Made by a program: the position numbers and the translations under genes. A stretch of DNA of 64,000 bases, from positions 32,001 to 96,000 of IMG/VR virus record IMGVR_UViG_3300002461_000323; one strand, 5' to 3'. The notes beneath the pieces are model-generated. The model ran no database searches and had not been told where the DNA came from. It was given only the letters and a program-made list of their open reading frames with translations. Positions 38,384 to 47,791 of the stretch are shown one piece after another; position 1 is the first letter of the stretch; each line of letters begins with the position of its first letter. Source of the DNA: a virus.

Positions 38384-38544
38384 CCGACCTGATGATCCTC
38401 GGATGGCTCGGCCTGTTCATGGCCTTGACCGCCCTCTACCTATACGGGACGATGCCCAAGTACCGCAAGGTCTTCCTGTGCTTCGCTTTCGGCTACGCCA
38501 CGCTCGTGGCCTTCTTGCTGGTCGAGGCCTACCATGCCCGGTGA
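38380..38544 (+). CDS. Small two-TM membrane protein (54 aa, below the ORF-track cutoff)
   Basis: MTDLMILGWLGLFMALTALYLYGTMPKYRKVFLCFAFGYATLVAFLLVEAYHAR; coupled ATGA overlap. Confidence 0.55.
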   Translation: MTDLMILGWLGLFMALTALYLYGTMPKYRKVFLCFAFGYATLVAFLLVEAYHAR

Positions 38545-38734
38545 CCTTGGATCATTCTTTGACCAGCTTGAAGCCGAGAACCTGAAAAAGGCCAAGGCAG
38601 AGATTGCAGCCGAGCAGGCTGACCCGGCATTCCGTGAGCGCGTGCTCAAGCGCATGGCCGAGCGCGAAGCCGAACCCGACCCCGTGATCGAACCCGAAGA
38701 ACCAGAAGAGGACGATGATGAGCATAATGAGTGA
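38534..38734 (+). CDS. Small acidic hypothetical protein
   Basis: 66 aa with an acidic tail. Confidence 0.5.
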   Translation: MPGDLGSFFDQLEAENLKKAKAEIAAEQADPAFRERVLKRMAEREAEPDPVIEPEEPEEDDDEHNE

Positions 38735-38924
38735 AATCGATCAGACGATCGAAGAAGTGGCTGAGCGGATTGCCGAGTTCATCCCGCAGTACCCGGAGAT
38801 CATGACGCTCGACAGCCCCTGGGGGTTGCTGACGCTCCCGGGCGTGGACTTCGACGACATCGGGCCGTCTCTCGGCCAGGTGACCGCTGGCTTGGAACGT
38901 GCTCAGGCGCGTGCCCGTCGATGA
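38727..38924 (+). CDS. Small hypothetical protein
   Basis: Overlapping early ORF. Confidence 0.5.
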   Translation: MSEIDQTIEEVAERIAEFIPQYPEIMTLDSPWGLLTLPGVDFDDIGPSLGQVTAGLERAQARARR

Positions 38925-39244
38925 CCCGCAAGAAGGGCATGCCCGACCCGTCGCACCTGCTGGTGGCCGAGAAGCGCTGCCGAGAGTGCCTGTACTCGCC
39001 GACGAAGATCGTGAGCGGTGAGCGCAAGCAGCAGGTGATCGAGTCCTGCCACCGCAGCGGCACGTACTTCGTGTGCCACAAGGGCTCGATGACCGGCAAC
39101 AACCAACTCTGCTGCCGAGGCTTCTACGACAATGAGGACACGATGTTCCTGCGGTTGGCGCGTGCGCTCAAGCGCGTGAAGTTCATCCCAGTGCCTAACA
39201 CCGACTCGGAGAGCCAGATTGAACCCCAAGTACCTGCGAAGTAA
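38921..39244 (+). CDS. Cys-rich (zinc-binding) hypothetical protein
   Basis: CRECLY, FVCHK, CCRGF motifs. Confidence 0.55.
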   Translation: MTRKKGMPDPSHLLVAEKRCRECLYSPTKIVSGERKQQVIESCHRSGTYFVCHKGSMTGNNQLCCRGFYDNEDTMFLRLARALKRVKFIPVPNTDSESQIEPQVPAK

Positions 39245-39593
39245 CTGGCCGAAGCCCGGACTTCCGGTGTGGCCGCATCCACAGACTGGCCCGTTCTGCG
39301 TGAACCCTGAGTGTCCGTTCCACGAGAGCATCGTGCCCGACACGTGGTTCGAAATGAACGTGGTTATCGGAGGCCCTACGGGCTACGGACCACTGACGGC
39401 CTCTGCCCCTTACAAGTCAGAGCAGACCAAAGTACACCGTGCGATCGTTCCGTACGCGGTGCCAGAGAAGACTCCACCGATCTGGCCTCACCTATCCAAC
39501 CACATAGAATTTGTGGTCCCGCTCTGCAGCGAGTGCCTGGAAGTCCCTCAATTCACACAACAAGGCGTTGACTATGTTCTCGACGGCGATTGA
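39219..39593 (+). CDS. Hypothetical protein with Cys pairs
   Basis: CVNPECPFH and CSEC; start uncertain. Confidence 0.4.
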   Translation: MNPKYLRSNWPKPGLPVWPHPQTGPFCVNPECPFHESIVPDTWFEMNVVIGGPTGYGPLTASAPYKSEQTKVHRAIVPYAVPEKTPPIWPHLSNHIEFVVPLCSECLEVPQFTQQGVDYVLDGD

Positions 39594-40764
39594 AGGCCGG
39601 ATTCCGATGATCCAGGTGAAGACCGATGACACGGTGCACTTGGACGCCGTGCTCACCGCCTGGAGCCCGAGTGGCAAGATCATGCACATCAACGAGCCGT
39701 TGAACAGCATCCAGTTGTCGGCGAACACGCTCTTCTGGACTTCGAATGACAAGCTGGCGACCCCGGAGTTCTGGACGGCGCTGAAGAACAAGCACCGGAC
39801 GCTCCTGTTCGTCAACTGCAAGCCCGGGATGATGGCGATGGACTGCGGCTGGCTGCTGCCCAAGCCCGAGCAACTGGGTGAGTTGGTCGAGGAATACACG
39901 GACGATCATCAGGTGTACCGGCTGGTCAAGGGCATGAGCTTGAAGGCCACGGACGAACTGATGATGCTGGTCAAGGCCCGGAGCAAGCAGGTGAACCGGA
40001 AGACCGTGCGGGCTCTCCGTCTGGAAATGGGACAGAGCATCCAAGGCCTGTACTCGCTGGACACCGACTACGACTACTACGAGCCGCTACCCGAGCTTGT
40101 ACAGTGGCTGGCGAAGAACCGGCCGTACCTGCTGAACGAGGATGCTCCGGCTGTGCTGGTTCCCCGGGGCCTGATGTTTCATGGTGCACCCGGCACCGGT
40201 AAGACGCTGGCCGCCCGGTACCTGGCGCGGAGCCTCGACATCCCACTCTACCGCCTGGACACGGCGACCACGCTTACCAAGTACATCGGCGAGTCTGAAG
40301 GCCGGTTGGCTCAGGCGCTTGCGCAGGTGGACCGCGAGAGCCCGTGCGTGCTGCTGATCGACGAGGTGGAGAAGGTGTTCTCCGTCGATGGTGAGTCCAG
40401 CGTGATCCAGCGCATGCTCACCCAGTTTCTGTGGTGGCTGCAAGAGCACAAGTCGAGGGTGATCACGGTCATGACCTGCAATCGATTGCAGTTGGTGCCG
40501 CCCGAACTCTACCGATCCGGACGCGTGGACAAAGTGTTCGAGATTCCGAAGATGCCCCCGAAAGAGGCGGTGCTCTTCGCTCAACGACTGCTGACTGAGA
40601 CGATGAAGCTCAACGGCAAGAAACCGAAGCTCAAGCAGTTGGACAGTCTTCAAGCGCTGTCGGACATGCCGCAGACGAACGGCTGGTCAGCGGCTGAGGT
40701 GAGTGCGTACGTGCTGGAGCAGATCAAGGCCCACGATTGGCTTGGCCTTGACAAACCCGCCTGA
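39574..40764 (+). CDS. AAA+ ATPase (Ycf46-like)
   Basis: Walker A GAPGTGKT, KYIGESE, Walker B LLIDEVEK, PPELYRSGRVD (SRH). Confidence 0.88.
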   Translation: MFSTAIEGRIPMIQVKTDDTVHLDAVLTAWSPSGKIMHINEPLNSIQLSANTLFWTSNDKLATPEFWTALKNKHRTLLFVNCKPGMMAMDCGWLLPKPEQLGELVEEYTDDHQVYRLVKGMSLKATDELMMLVKARSKQVNRKTVRALRLEMGQSIQGLYSLDTDYDYYEPLPELVQWLAKNRPYLLNEDAPAVLVPRGLMFHGAPGTGKTLAARYLARSLDIPLYRLDTATTLTKYIGESEGRLAQALAQVDRESPCVLLIDEVEKVFSVDGESSVIQRMLTQFLWWLQEHKSRVITVMTCNRLQLVPPELYRSGRVDKVFEIPKMPPKEAVLFAQRLLTETMKLNGKKPKLKQLDSLQALSDMPQTNGWSAAEVSAYVLEQIKAHDWLGLDKPA

Positions 40765-40776
40765 CTTAGTTAAAAT
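40748..40776 (+). promoter_or_regulatory. Sigma70-type promoter
   Basis: TTGACA-N17-TAAAAT. Confidence 0.85.
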
Positions 40777-40820
40777 AATGGCTTAGATCGAGCCTCAACG
40801 TCCACAACAAGGAGTGTCAC

Positions 40821-41411
40821 ATGGACCTATCAATCCCCGGTATCACCGGACCAAAGATGATCACCGGCCAGACCGGGCAGTACTGGGAGTACGCGAAGTC
40901 TGCTGAGTGTTCCATCTACCTGAAACTCAACTTCGAGCCCCTTGCGTGGGTGATCGATGGCAATCAGGGGACGATCGACAGTCTGCGCGTGAACGTGCTG
41001 TACTTCGGTCCGCAGTTCGACCTCCCGGCCCCGTACCTGCACCTGGACAGCCGTCCGTACGTGATCGACGGCGAGAAGGTCGGAGGCAACTTGATCGGCA
41101 AGCTCTGGGTGCCCCTCGGCCAGTTCAACAAGGCGATGCCAGCTATGTACGCGGCGGCCAAGCTCCACGGCATTCCCGAGGTCGTGGCCTCGCTCGCCCC
41201 GGTGGTCGCCGCGTGCGGTGCGAAGATCGTGATCGAACTCTCGACGTTGTTCGAGGTCATGTCCGAAGGCCTGGACAAGGAGCCGGTCGATATCAAGGAC
41301 TACACGCCGCTCGTGTGCGAGCAGTACAACATGCACTTGCAGAAGGTGCGTGACGACGTGAAAGAGATCATCAAGGCCAAGGCGCTGAAGTCCGCTGGCC
41401 CCACCGAATAA
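40821..41411 (+). CDS. Hypothetical protein
   Basis: SD AAGGAG; 196 aa. Confidence 0.6.
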   Translation: MDLSIPGITGPKMITGQTGQYWEYAKSAECSIYLKLNFEPLAWVIDGNQGTIDSLRVNVLYFGPQFDLPAPYLHLDSRPYVIDGEKVGGNLIGKLWVPLGQFNKAMPAMYAAAKLHGIPEVVASLAPVVAACGAKIVIELSTLFEVMSEGLDKEPVDIKDYTPLVCEQYNMHLQKVRDDVKEIIKAKALKSAGPTE

Positions 41412-41456
41412 CCGCTGGCAGTCGGACACTGTCATTCTTCCCTCTAGGAGCTACCT

Positions 41457-41954
41457 ATGCAAATCGAACCCGCTGTCAGCAGCGAGCCGGTGTTCATCGA
41501 CGGCATCAGCACGACGCTCTCGTACGTGATCATGGCGGTCAAGCGCGGTCCGCAGTACAACTGTGTGTGCCTGCGCAACAACGGCACCCTGAAGTTCTAT
41601 CCGAACTACGAGTTCTGGGGCGTCACCCGCAGTCAATTGCACGACCTCGGCCTGACCGACACCTACCAGCGTGGCCCCTACCAGGGTGTGCACGGTGCGC
41701 AGACCGAGCCGATCGCCAAGCTGCTGAAGATTCTGCGTCTCCAGCGCGGTACGGTGGTCGTCAACGACGAGCAGATGGTCGGCGTGTTCGGCACCTCGCA
41801 GACTGTGCGCAACCGCAGCCGCCTGCTCCACTCGGCCTCCCGTGGGCACGCTCCCCGTGCGCTGCCGACGATCGAAGAACTGCAGAAGATCGGGTTCACC
41901 GCCGAAGGCCCGATGCCCACGTTGGCCCTGGCGTTCGAACCCGCCGATGCCTGA
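41457..41954 (+). CDS. Hypothetical protein
   Basis: SD AGGAG; 165 aa. Confidence 0.55.
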   Translation: MQIEPAVSSEPVFIDGISTTLSYVIMAVKRGPQYNCVCLRNNGTLKFYPNYEFWGVTRSQLHDLGLTDTYQRGPYQGVHGAQTEPIAKLLKILRLQRGTVVVNDEQMVGVFGTSQTVRNRSRLLHSASRGHAPRALPTIEELQKIGFTAEGPMPTLALAFEPADA

Positions 41955-42939
41955 CGGCGTCCTGTTCAGACCGGAGTACGTTGATCTGCTTGACGGCGAT
42001 CACGTCTCCGCGCTGATGCTCAGCCAGATCGTCTACTGGTGCTCTCCGGGTAAGAACGGCAAGAGCCGCCTTCGTGCGTTCATGCGCGGAAAGCTCTGCT
42101 TGGTCAAGAGCCATCAGGACTGGTGGGATGAGCTTCGGCTCACCCGCCGTCAAACCAACCGCTGCCTGGACGTTCTCCGGGCAAAGAACTTTGTAGTCAC
42201 GGAAGTCCACAAATGGCAGGGAAAACCGACGGTCCACCTGACGCTTCAGAAGAGCGTGCTCGACCTCGCCCTCGCTGGTTTGCACTCTACGGTGCAGACC
42301 GTTTGCACCACCGCGTGCATTCCCATTGCACCTACAAGTGCAAACGGTTTGCACCCAGACGTGCAATGCCTAACAGAGACTACTACAGAGACTACAACAG
42401 AGAGTACTAACGCGATCGACTTCGTCGAGTCGCAGGAGGAACCGACCATGGCTACAGCGCAAGAGATTCTCGAAGGCCTGAACAAGAAGGCAACTGCCCC
42501 TGTGAGCGGGACGAACACCATGGCGCTGGTCTTCCAATGGAAGAAGCAGGTGGGGCTGGTCAACGAAGGCCAGTTTGTGAAGCCGTTGACCCAGAAGGAA
42601 GTCGGCCAGTTGAAGCAGGTGTACGGCCTGCTGGGCGAGAAGGCGATCCCGCTGCTGGAGTTCGTTATCCCGAACTGGCAGAAGTTCGCCCAGGAGGTGC
42701 AGATGAGCAAGGGCCTGCAGGTGTTCCTGAATCCGGACACCGGGTTTCTGCTCAAGCACCTGGAGACCGCAGTGCAATTGAGTGCGCAGAAATCCGCACC
42801 GGTTGTGCAGGTCGCGCCGACCGTCATCAAACCAGTGGTGGACGTCCCGGTCAAAGCCGAGGAGAATCCTGACCTCGCCACAGAGGATGATGTGCAGGCC
42901 ACCCTGGACGCTCTGAAGGCACTGAAAGGTAAATCATGA
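41947..42939 (+). CDS. Replication initiator (replisome organiser / lambda O-like)
   Basis: ALMLSQIVYW, KSHQDWWDELRLTRRQ winged-HTH, TETTTETT linker; contains iterons; upstream of loader and helicase. Confidence 0.8.
   Translation: MPDGVLFRPEYVDLLDGDHVSALMLSQIVYWCSPGKNGKSRLRAFMRGKLCLVKSHQDWWDELRLTRRQTNRCLDVLRAKNFVVTEVHKWQGKPTVHLTLQKSVLDLALAGLHSTVQTVCTTACIPIAPTSANGLHPDVQCLTETTTETTTESTNAIDFVESQEEPTMATAQEILEGLNKKATAPVSGTNTMALVFQWKKQVGLVNEGQFVKPLTQKEVGQLKQVYGLLGEKAIPLLEFVIPNWQKFAQEVQMSKGLQVFLNPDTGFLLKHLETAVQLSAQKSAPVVQVAPTVIKPVVDVPVKAEENPDLATEDDVQATLDALKALKGKS
42281..42407. repeat. Putative replication origin: 4 iterons plus 3 A-rich repeats
   Basis: TGCAC-N6-GTGCA at 42281, 42304, 42327 and 42350 (23-bp period), then ACAGAGA(C/G)TAC at 42373, 42385 and 42397 (12-bp period). 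Confidence 0.8.
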
Positions 42940-43478
42940 TCACCGAAACGCCGGTGTCCGTGCTGGACAGCGTGCGACATGCCCGACTGCTGCAGGACAT
43001 GGAGCACGTGTGCGCGGTCGCGAACGTGCCGAAGACGTTCGTTCATCAGTCGATGAAGGGCTTCTGCGATAGCCAAGAGATCGACTACATCGTGAACTTC
43101 CGGGTTTACCGGGAGAGCTACGCGGGTATGCTGCTGGTCGGCCGCTCGAACGTGGACACCCGTTGCATGGCGATGGTCGGTGCGCTGGTTCGCAACTTCA
43201 TCGACGCCCGGATGGTCCCGCTGAACACGTTGCTCGACAGCATGGACAGCAGTGTGGTGCCCGACCCGACGGTCATGGTCATCCCCAACCTGTTCGTGCA
43301 GACGATCGGCAAAGCCCTGCCCGCCTGGAAAATCCAGAGCGTGTACGACCTACTCCTTAGCCGGTTCACCGCCAACCGTCCGACGATCGTCGCGGTGGAG
43401 AGCATGACCGGACTCCAGCAGGCTTACGGCCTGTCATTCGCTGAACACCTGAAGAACCACTACAAGACATCACCATGA
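42936..43478 (+). CDS. DnaC/IstB-like helicase loader, degenerate
   Basis: ANVPKTF, GMLLVG, VYDLLLSRFTANRPTIV motifs; no intact GKT. Confidence 0.6.
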   Translation: MITETPVSVLDSVRHARLLQDMEHVCAVANVPKTFVHQSMKGFCDSQEIDYIVNFRVYRESYAGMLLVGRSNVDTRCMAMVGALVRNFIDARMVPLNTLLDSMDSSVVPDPTVMVIPNLFVQTIGKALPAWKIQSVYDLLLSRFTANRPTIVAVESMTGLQQAYGLSFAEHLKNHYKTSP

Positions 43479-43936
43479 GTTCATTCGATAGACCGTGGCT
43501 GGTTGGCAACCAGAACGGTGTCACGCATGGAATGAGCCACACTGGAACCTACAAGTCTTGGAGGGCGATGATGCAGAGGTGCGGGCACTGGAAAGGCCGC
43601 GATCATGCCCACAAGAGCAACAGCATCACCGTCTGTGAGCGCTGGCAAAAGTTTGAGAACTTCTTTGAAGACATGGGAGAGCGGCCACAAGGTAAGACCT
43701 TGGACCGCTACCCGAATCAGTCTGGCAACTACGAGCCTGGCAACTGCAGGTGGGCGACCCTACAAGAGCAACAACGGAATATGAAGTCCAACCGTTTACT
43801 CACTTTTGATGGCCGCACCCAGTGCTTGAAAGCCTGGGCAGAAGAACTAAAGATTACGCCAGAGGCAATAAACATGAGACTTCGTAAGTTGGGCTGGTCG
43901 ATCGAAAAGGCGTTGTCCACGGGGGCAGTAAAATGA
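43475..43936 (+). CDS. HNH homing endonuclease
   Basis: TYKSWRAMMQRC, ITVCERW..FENFFEDMGERP..TLDR..N.GNYEPGNCRWAT..Q..N; more AT-rich than its neighbours. Confidence 0.88.
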   Translation: MSSFDRPWLVGNQNGVTHGMSHTGTYKSWRAMMQRCGHWKGRDHAHKSNSITVCERWQKFENFFEDMGERPQGKTLDRYPNQSGNYEPGNCRWATLQEQQRNMKSNRLLTFDGRTQCLKAWAEELKITPEAINMRLRKLGWSIEKALSTGAVK

Positions 43937-45201
43937 GCAGCTTCGGAATTGGCTATAAGTGCATCAAGGCCATGTGCACCCAGGGAACGGCACTCACTTG
44001 GTACAAGGCGAAATTCGTCCCGGATATGTTCAGGCCGGGAGAACTCGAAATGTTCGAGTGGGTGAACACCCACGTGCAGAAACACCACGCGCTGCCCGCG
44101 CTGGAAACGCTGTCTGGCAAGTTCCCGGACATTCAGCAGTTTCCTACGCCGGAGCCGCCAAGCTACTACGTGGAGCACCTGGAGAACAGGCTCTACTACG
44201 AGAAGATCAACGCAGCGAACATCGAGAGTCAGTCGCTGTTGAAGGAGAACCAAGGGAATATCGCGGGCGCGAAGAAGGCCCTGCAGGATGCTCTCGCGTA
44301 CATCACGGTCCACGAGTACCGGATGAAGATCGTGAACCTGGCCCAAGAGGGTCCGGAAATGATCTTGAAGTCGTACCACAACGTGATGCTGGCCGAGAAC
44401 GTGGGTCAGTTCGGATGGCCGTACATGGACGAGAGCACGGGAGGGCTCATGCCGGGCGACGTCGTGACGTTCATCGGAAGACCTGCGGCTGGCAAGACCT
44501 GGAAAGTCCTGTACTCGGCGCTCCATAACTGGCGGCAGGGCAAGCGGGTGCTCGTGGTTTCCATGGAAATGGCACCGCTGCCGCTGGTCCAGCGCTTGAC
44601 CGCGATGTACACGCACTCGAACATCAGCCAGTTGAAGGTCGGCGGATTCTCGACTCAGTCGTACAAGAAGTTCTCGGCCTCGCTCCTGCAGATGTCCCAG
44701 GAGAACGACGGGTTCTTCGTAGTCGATGGCAACCTCGCGGCCTCGCCCGAGGACGTGTACACGCTGGCCGTGCAGTTGAAGTGCGATCAGGTGTACATCG
44801 ACGGCGCGTACCTGATGCGGCACAAGAATCCCAAGCTCGACCGGTACACGCGGGTGGCCGAGAACGCGGAGACGATCAAGCGCGTGACTTCGGAAGCGGG
44901 CGTGCCGACGGTCGCCAGTTACCAGTTTGCGCGGACGGCGACCAAGGACAAGAAGAAGGGAGAACTCGCTGGCCTGGATGACATCGGCTACTCGGACGTC
45001 ATCGGGCAGGTGAGCACGATCTCCCTCGGCCTCTTCCAAGACGACTCGGTTGAGACCATGGAAGGCCGGATCATCCGGGTGCTCAAGGGACGGAACGGCG
45101 AGATCGGCCAGTTCAAAATCCACTGGAACTTCGCCATAATGGATTTCAGTCAGGTGATCGAGACACCAGAGACCGAGAAGGGTGAACTCGACTATATTTG
45201 A
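43933..45201 (+). CDS. Replicative DnaB-like helicase
   Basis: GGLMPGDVVTFIGRPAAGKT, VVSMEM, VYIDGAYLM, SYQFAR, VLKGRNG motifs. Confidence 0.92.
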   Translation: MSSFGIGYKCIKAMCTQGTALTWYKAKFVPDMFRPGELEMFEWVNTHVQKHHALPALETLSGKFPDIQQFPTPEPPSYYVEHLENRLYYEKINAANIESQSLLKENQGNIAGAKKALQDALAYITVHEYRMKIVNLAQEGPEMILKSYHNVMLAENVGQFGWPYMDESTGGLMPGDVVTFIGRPAAGKTWKVLYSALHNWRQGKRVLVVSMEMAPLPLVQRLTAMYTHSNISQLKVGGFSTQSYKKFSASLLQMSQENDGFFVVDGNLAASPEDVYTLAVQLKCDQVYIDGAYLMRHKNPKLDRYTRVAENAETIKRVTSEAGVPTVASYQFARTATKDKKKGELAGLDDIGYSDVIGQVSTISLGLFQDDSVETMEGRIIRVLKGRNGEIGQFKIHWNFAIMDFSQVIETPETEKGELDYI

Positions 45202-45225
45202 CAAACTATGCGTTTGAGGTATAAT
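45198..45225 (+). promoter_or_regulatory. Sigma70-type promoter
   Basis: TTGACA-N16-TATAAT. Confidence 0.8.
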
Positions 45226-45251
45226 GTTAGTAACCCCCAAAGGAGTGACCC

Positions 45252-45809
45252 ATGGCAATCAAGATCAATGTCCCCGCAGTTCTCGCCCAGGCAGAGGAAC
45301 TCGCGTCCAAGCCGGTGAAAGCCGGTTCGTTTCTCAAACAGAAGTTGGCTGAGAAGGCGGCAGAGCCTGCTGAAGAACAGAAGTTGCCGGTGACCGAGCA
45401 CAAGGGCGTAGCCAAAGTCCAGGTCTCGAACGAGATCACGGCGATGGTCAACGAGCTTGTGCAATTGGACACGCACATGAAGTCCGTGCAGGCGTACGAC
45501 ACGATCAAGCGGATCGACGAGATCAAGAAGCTGCTGAGCGCGGCCGCCAAGGACATGCCACCCGAAGTCCAGGCGGTGTTCGAAGGCGATGACGGCACGA
45601 TCGTGTTCTCCGAAGCCCGTGTGGAATCGAAGATCACGGACAAGCCAGGGCTGATCAAGCTCATGGGCAGTGACGTCTACATGCAGGCGAGTTCGATCAC
45701 GCTCGGCGAGGCCAAGAAGTACCTGAGCGAACTGGAGTTGCAGAAGGTGACGACCACGGGCTTCGGCTCGCGCACCCTCAAGGCGGTGATCGCCAAACCC
45801 GGAGCCTGA
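45252..45809 (+). CDS. Hypothetical protein
   Basis: SD AAGGAG; 185 aa. Confidence 0.6.
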   Translation: MAIKINVPAVLAQAEELASKPVKAGSFLKQKLAEKAAEPAEEQKLPVTEHKGVAKVQVSNEITAMVNELVQLDTHMKSVQAYDTIKRIDEIKKLLSAAAKDMPPEVQAVFEGDDGTIVFSEARVESKITDKPGLIKLMGSDVYMQASSITLGEAKKYLSELELQKVTTTGFGSRTLKAVIAKPGA

Positions 45810-45810
45810 C

Positions 45811-46545
45811 ATGGGCACGCCGATCAGCGCGAACGACCAGGCGAAAGACCTGGCGCTGCTGGAGAGCCAACTGCAATCAGTTGCAGAGCTTGCGGTGGCC
45901 CAGGCCGAGCAGATCAAGGAACTCATGCAGTTCACGACCGACGTCACGAACGTGCTGAAGAAGCAACACCAGCGCATGGACGTCCTGCGACAGAGGGTCA
46001 TGGACCAGACAGCCGCGCTGTACACGCTGACTCAGCATCACGTGATGACCACTGACTTGATGCAGCAGGCTAAGTACAAGGTGGAAAGCTACCACCCTCC
46101 GAGCTACAGCGACATCCCGTACATGGGTGCGCCGGACCTGCAGCCGGTCAAGCCGATGAAGCTCGACATCAAGACCCCGGTCATGGACTACCACGAGGAA
46201 CTGCTGAAGCAGACGATGGTCACTTCTGGGCTGTCGGGCTCGACCGCGAATCTGGCGGACATGATTGTCAGCATCGACAAGGCCACAACCGCTGGCAGCG
46301 GCATGAACGCCGTGATGTTCACCACCAAGAAGGGCCAAGGCCTGGGCAAGATCACGGACTTGAAGTTCAAGGACCAGATTAAAGACCTGACGTTCAGCGG
46401 GGACTACGAGGGCAAGATGGACCTTGGCAGCTTCTCGATCAGCCAAGTGCAGGAGTTCATGGAGGTCAAGACCCTCGGCGATCCGGTCGTCCAGATGGTT
46501 CCAGTGTCTTCCAGCACCACAATCAAGCCGACGGGCAGCCTATGA
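45811..46545 (+). CDS. Hypothetical protein with N-terminal coiled coil
   Basis: 244-aa coupled ORF. Confidence 0.5.
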   Translation: MGTPISANDQAKDLALLESQLQSVAELAVAQAEQIKELMQFTTDVTNVLKKQHQRMDVLRQRVMDQTAALYTLTQHHVMTTDLMQQAKYKVESYHPPSYSDIPYMGAPDLQPVKPMKLDIKTPVMDYHEELLKQTMVTSGLSGSTANLADMIVSIDKATTAGSGMNAVMFTTKKGQGLGKITDLKFKDQIKDLTFSGDYEGKMDLGSFSISQVQEFMEVKTLGDPVVQMVPVSSSTTIKPTGSL

Positions 46546-46718
46546 CCGACGCACACTTCCCCGACCACCCTGGGCGCAAGCCTGTCCTAACACCAGAACA
46601 GCAGATCGAGCAGCTTGAGACCAGACTGCAGGCTGCCCTGGTGCGGATCGAGAAGCTGGAGTTCTCGCACGAGAATCTCTGGACGGCTGTCGGCATTCTG
46701 CGGAACAAGGGCGGATGA
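46542..46718 (+). CDS. Small coiled-coil protein (58 aa)
   Basis: MTDAHFPDHPGRKPVLTPEQQIEQLETRLQAALVRIEKLE..; ATGA overlaps at both ends. Confidence 0.5.
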   Translation: MTDAHFPDHPGRKPVLTPEQQIEQLETRLQAALVRIEKLEFSHENLWTAVGILRNKGG

Positions 46719-47710
46719 ACCTCGACCAGGCCAAAGCGTTGATCGTCGCCCTCGGGGGCAAGGTAGCGAGCACAAGTGGAACCTGGGTACGGGCACCGTG
46801 TGTGCTCGCCCCCTACACCCACAAGAGCGGCAAGGACTCGAACCCGAGCTTCGGGATCGCGTGCGAGCAGGGCAAGCCAGGGCGGTTCCACTGCTTCACC
46901 TGTGAGTCAGGCAGCCTGAGCAAGCTGCTGCAGATCGTGGAAATGGGGATCGTCCAGCAGCCCGGCAAGTTCAAGGGCGACCTGACAAAAGCCCGGGAGA
47001 TCGTCGAGCAGGAGGAAGTGGACCTGCCGACGCTTCCCGCGTACTCCGAGTTCGATCAGGGCGAGCACAAGCAGTTTGAAGCCTTCCCCGAGTACTGGCT
47101 GGAGACCTACCCGCCGATCGACCACTACGTTCGAGCCCGGCAGTACTGGGAGTACCGGCAGTTCACGCCCGAGGAGGCGGTGAAGTTCGATGTACGGTAC
47201 GACAAAGACGGTGACCGGCTGGTGTTCCCGTATCGCGACGTCTTCGGTCGGCTGGCAGGTGGACGGGGCAGGGGCATCGAGTTCCCTGGGGAGTCGCACT
47301 GGTCAGCCCACCACGATTACACGTGGAACAAGGTGAACAACGCGAGCAAGTGCTGGTACAACGAGCCGGTTCTCGACAGCCCCGGCCCTGTTCTGGTGGT
47401 CGAGGGCCAGTTCGATCTGATTCGTACGGTCAGGGTGTTCGAGCGGACGATCGCCAACCTCACGGCCAAGCCGGTGCTCGACAAGGTGATCAAGCTCACG
47501 CAGATCGAGGGAGCAGTGCTGATGCTCGACGGCGATCAACCTGGGCGGGATGCGACGAAGAAGTTCTGCGAGTTGCACGCGGTGATGAAGATACCGACGG
47601 CCTGCATTTACCTGCCGTACGACCCTGAGAAGAACGTGAAGAGCGATCCGGACAAGCTAGGCGAAGAGTGGATCAAGGAGGCCCTGACCAATATGGGGCT
47701 GATCGATTGA
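46715..47710 (+). CDS. DNA primase (Zn finger plus TOPRIM)
   Basis: CVLAPYTH..DSNPSF..FHCFTC zinc finger; LVVEGQFD and LMLDGDQPG TOPRIM motifs. Confidence 0.88.
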   Translation: MNLDQAKALIVALGGKVASTSGTWVRAPCVLAPYTHKSGKDSNPSFGIACEQGKPGRFHCFTCESGSLSKLLQIVEMGIVQQPGKFKGDLTKAREIVEQEEVDLPTLPAYSEFDQGEHKQFEAFPEYWLETYPPIDHYVRARQYWEYRQFTPEEAVKFDVRYDKDGDRLVFPYRDVFGRLAGGRGRGIEFPGESHWSAHHDYTWNKVNNASKCWYNEPVLDSPGPVLVVEGQFDLIRTVRVFERTIANLTAKPVLDKVIKLTQIEGAVLMLDGDQPGRDATKKFCELHAVMKIPTACIYLPYDPEKNVKSDPDKLGEEWIKEALTNMGLID

Positions 47711-47735
47711 CATACCGATTTTGCATAGTTAAAAT
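47707..47735 (+). promoter_or_regulatory. Sigma70-type promoter
   Basis: TTGACA-N17-TAAAAT. Confidence 0.8.
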
Positions 47736-47791
47736 ACGTTCCGAGCATAGTGCTCATATCTAGTCCAGAGACGGACATCAAGGAGCCCATC

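Noticed and set aside
45460-45473. TGCAATTGGACACG as another palindrome copy
   Set aside because: Only the left half matches, so it was excluded from the count.
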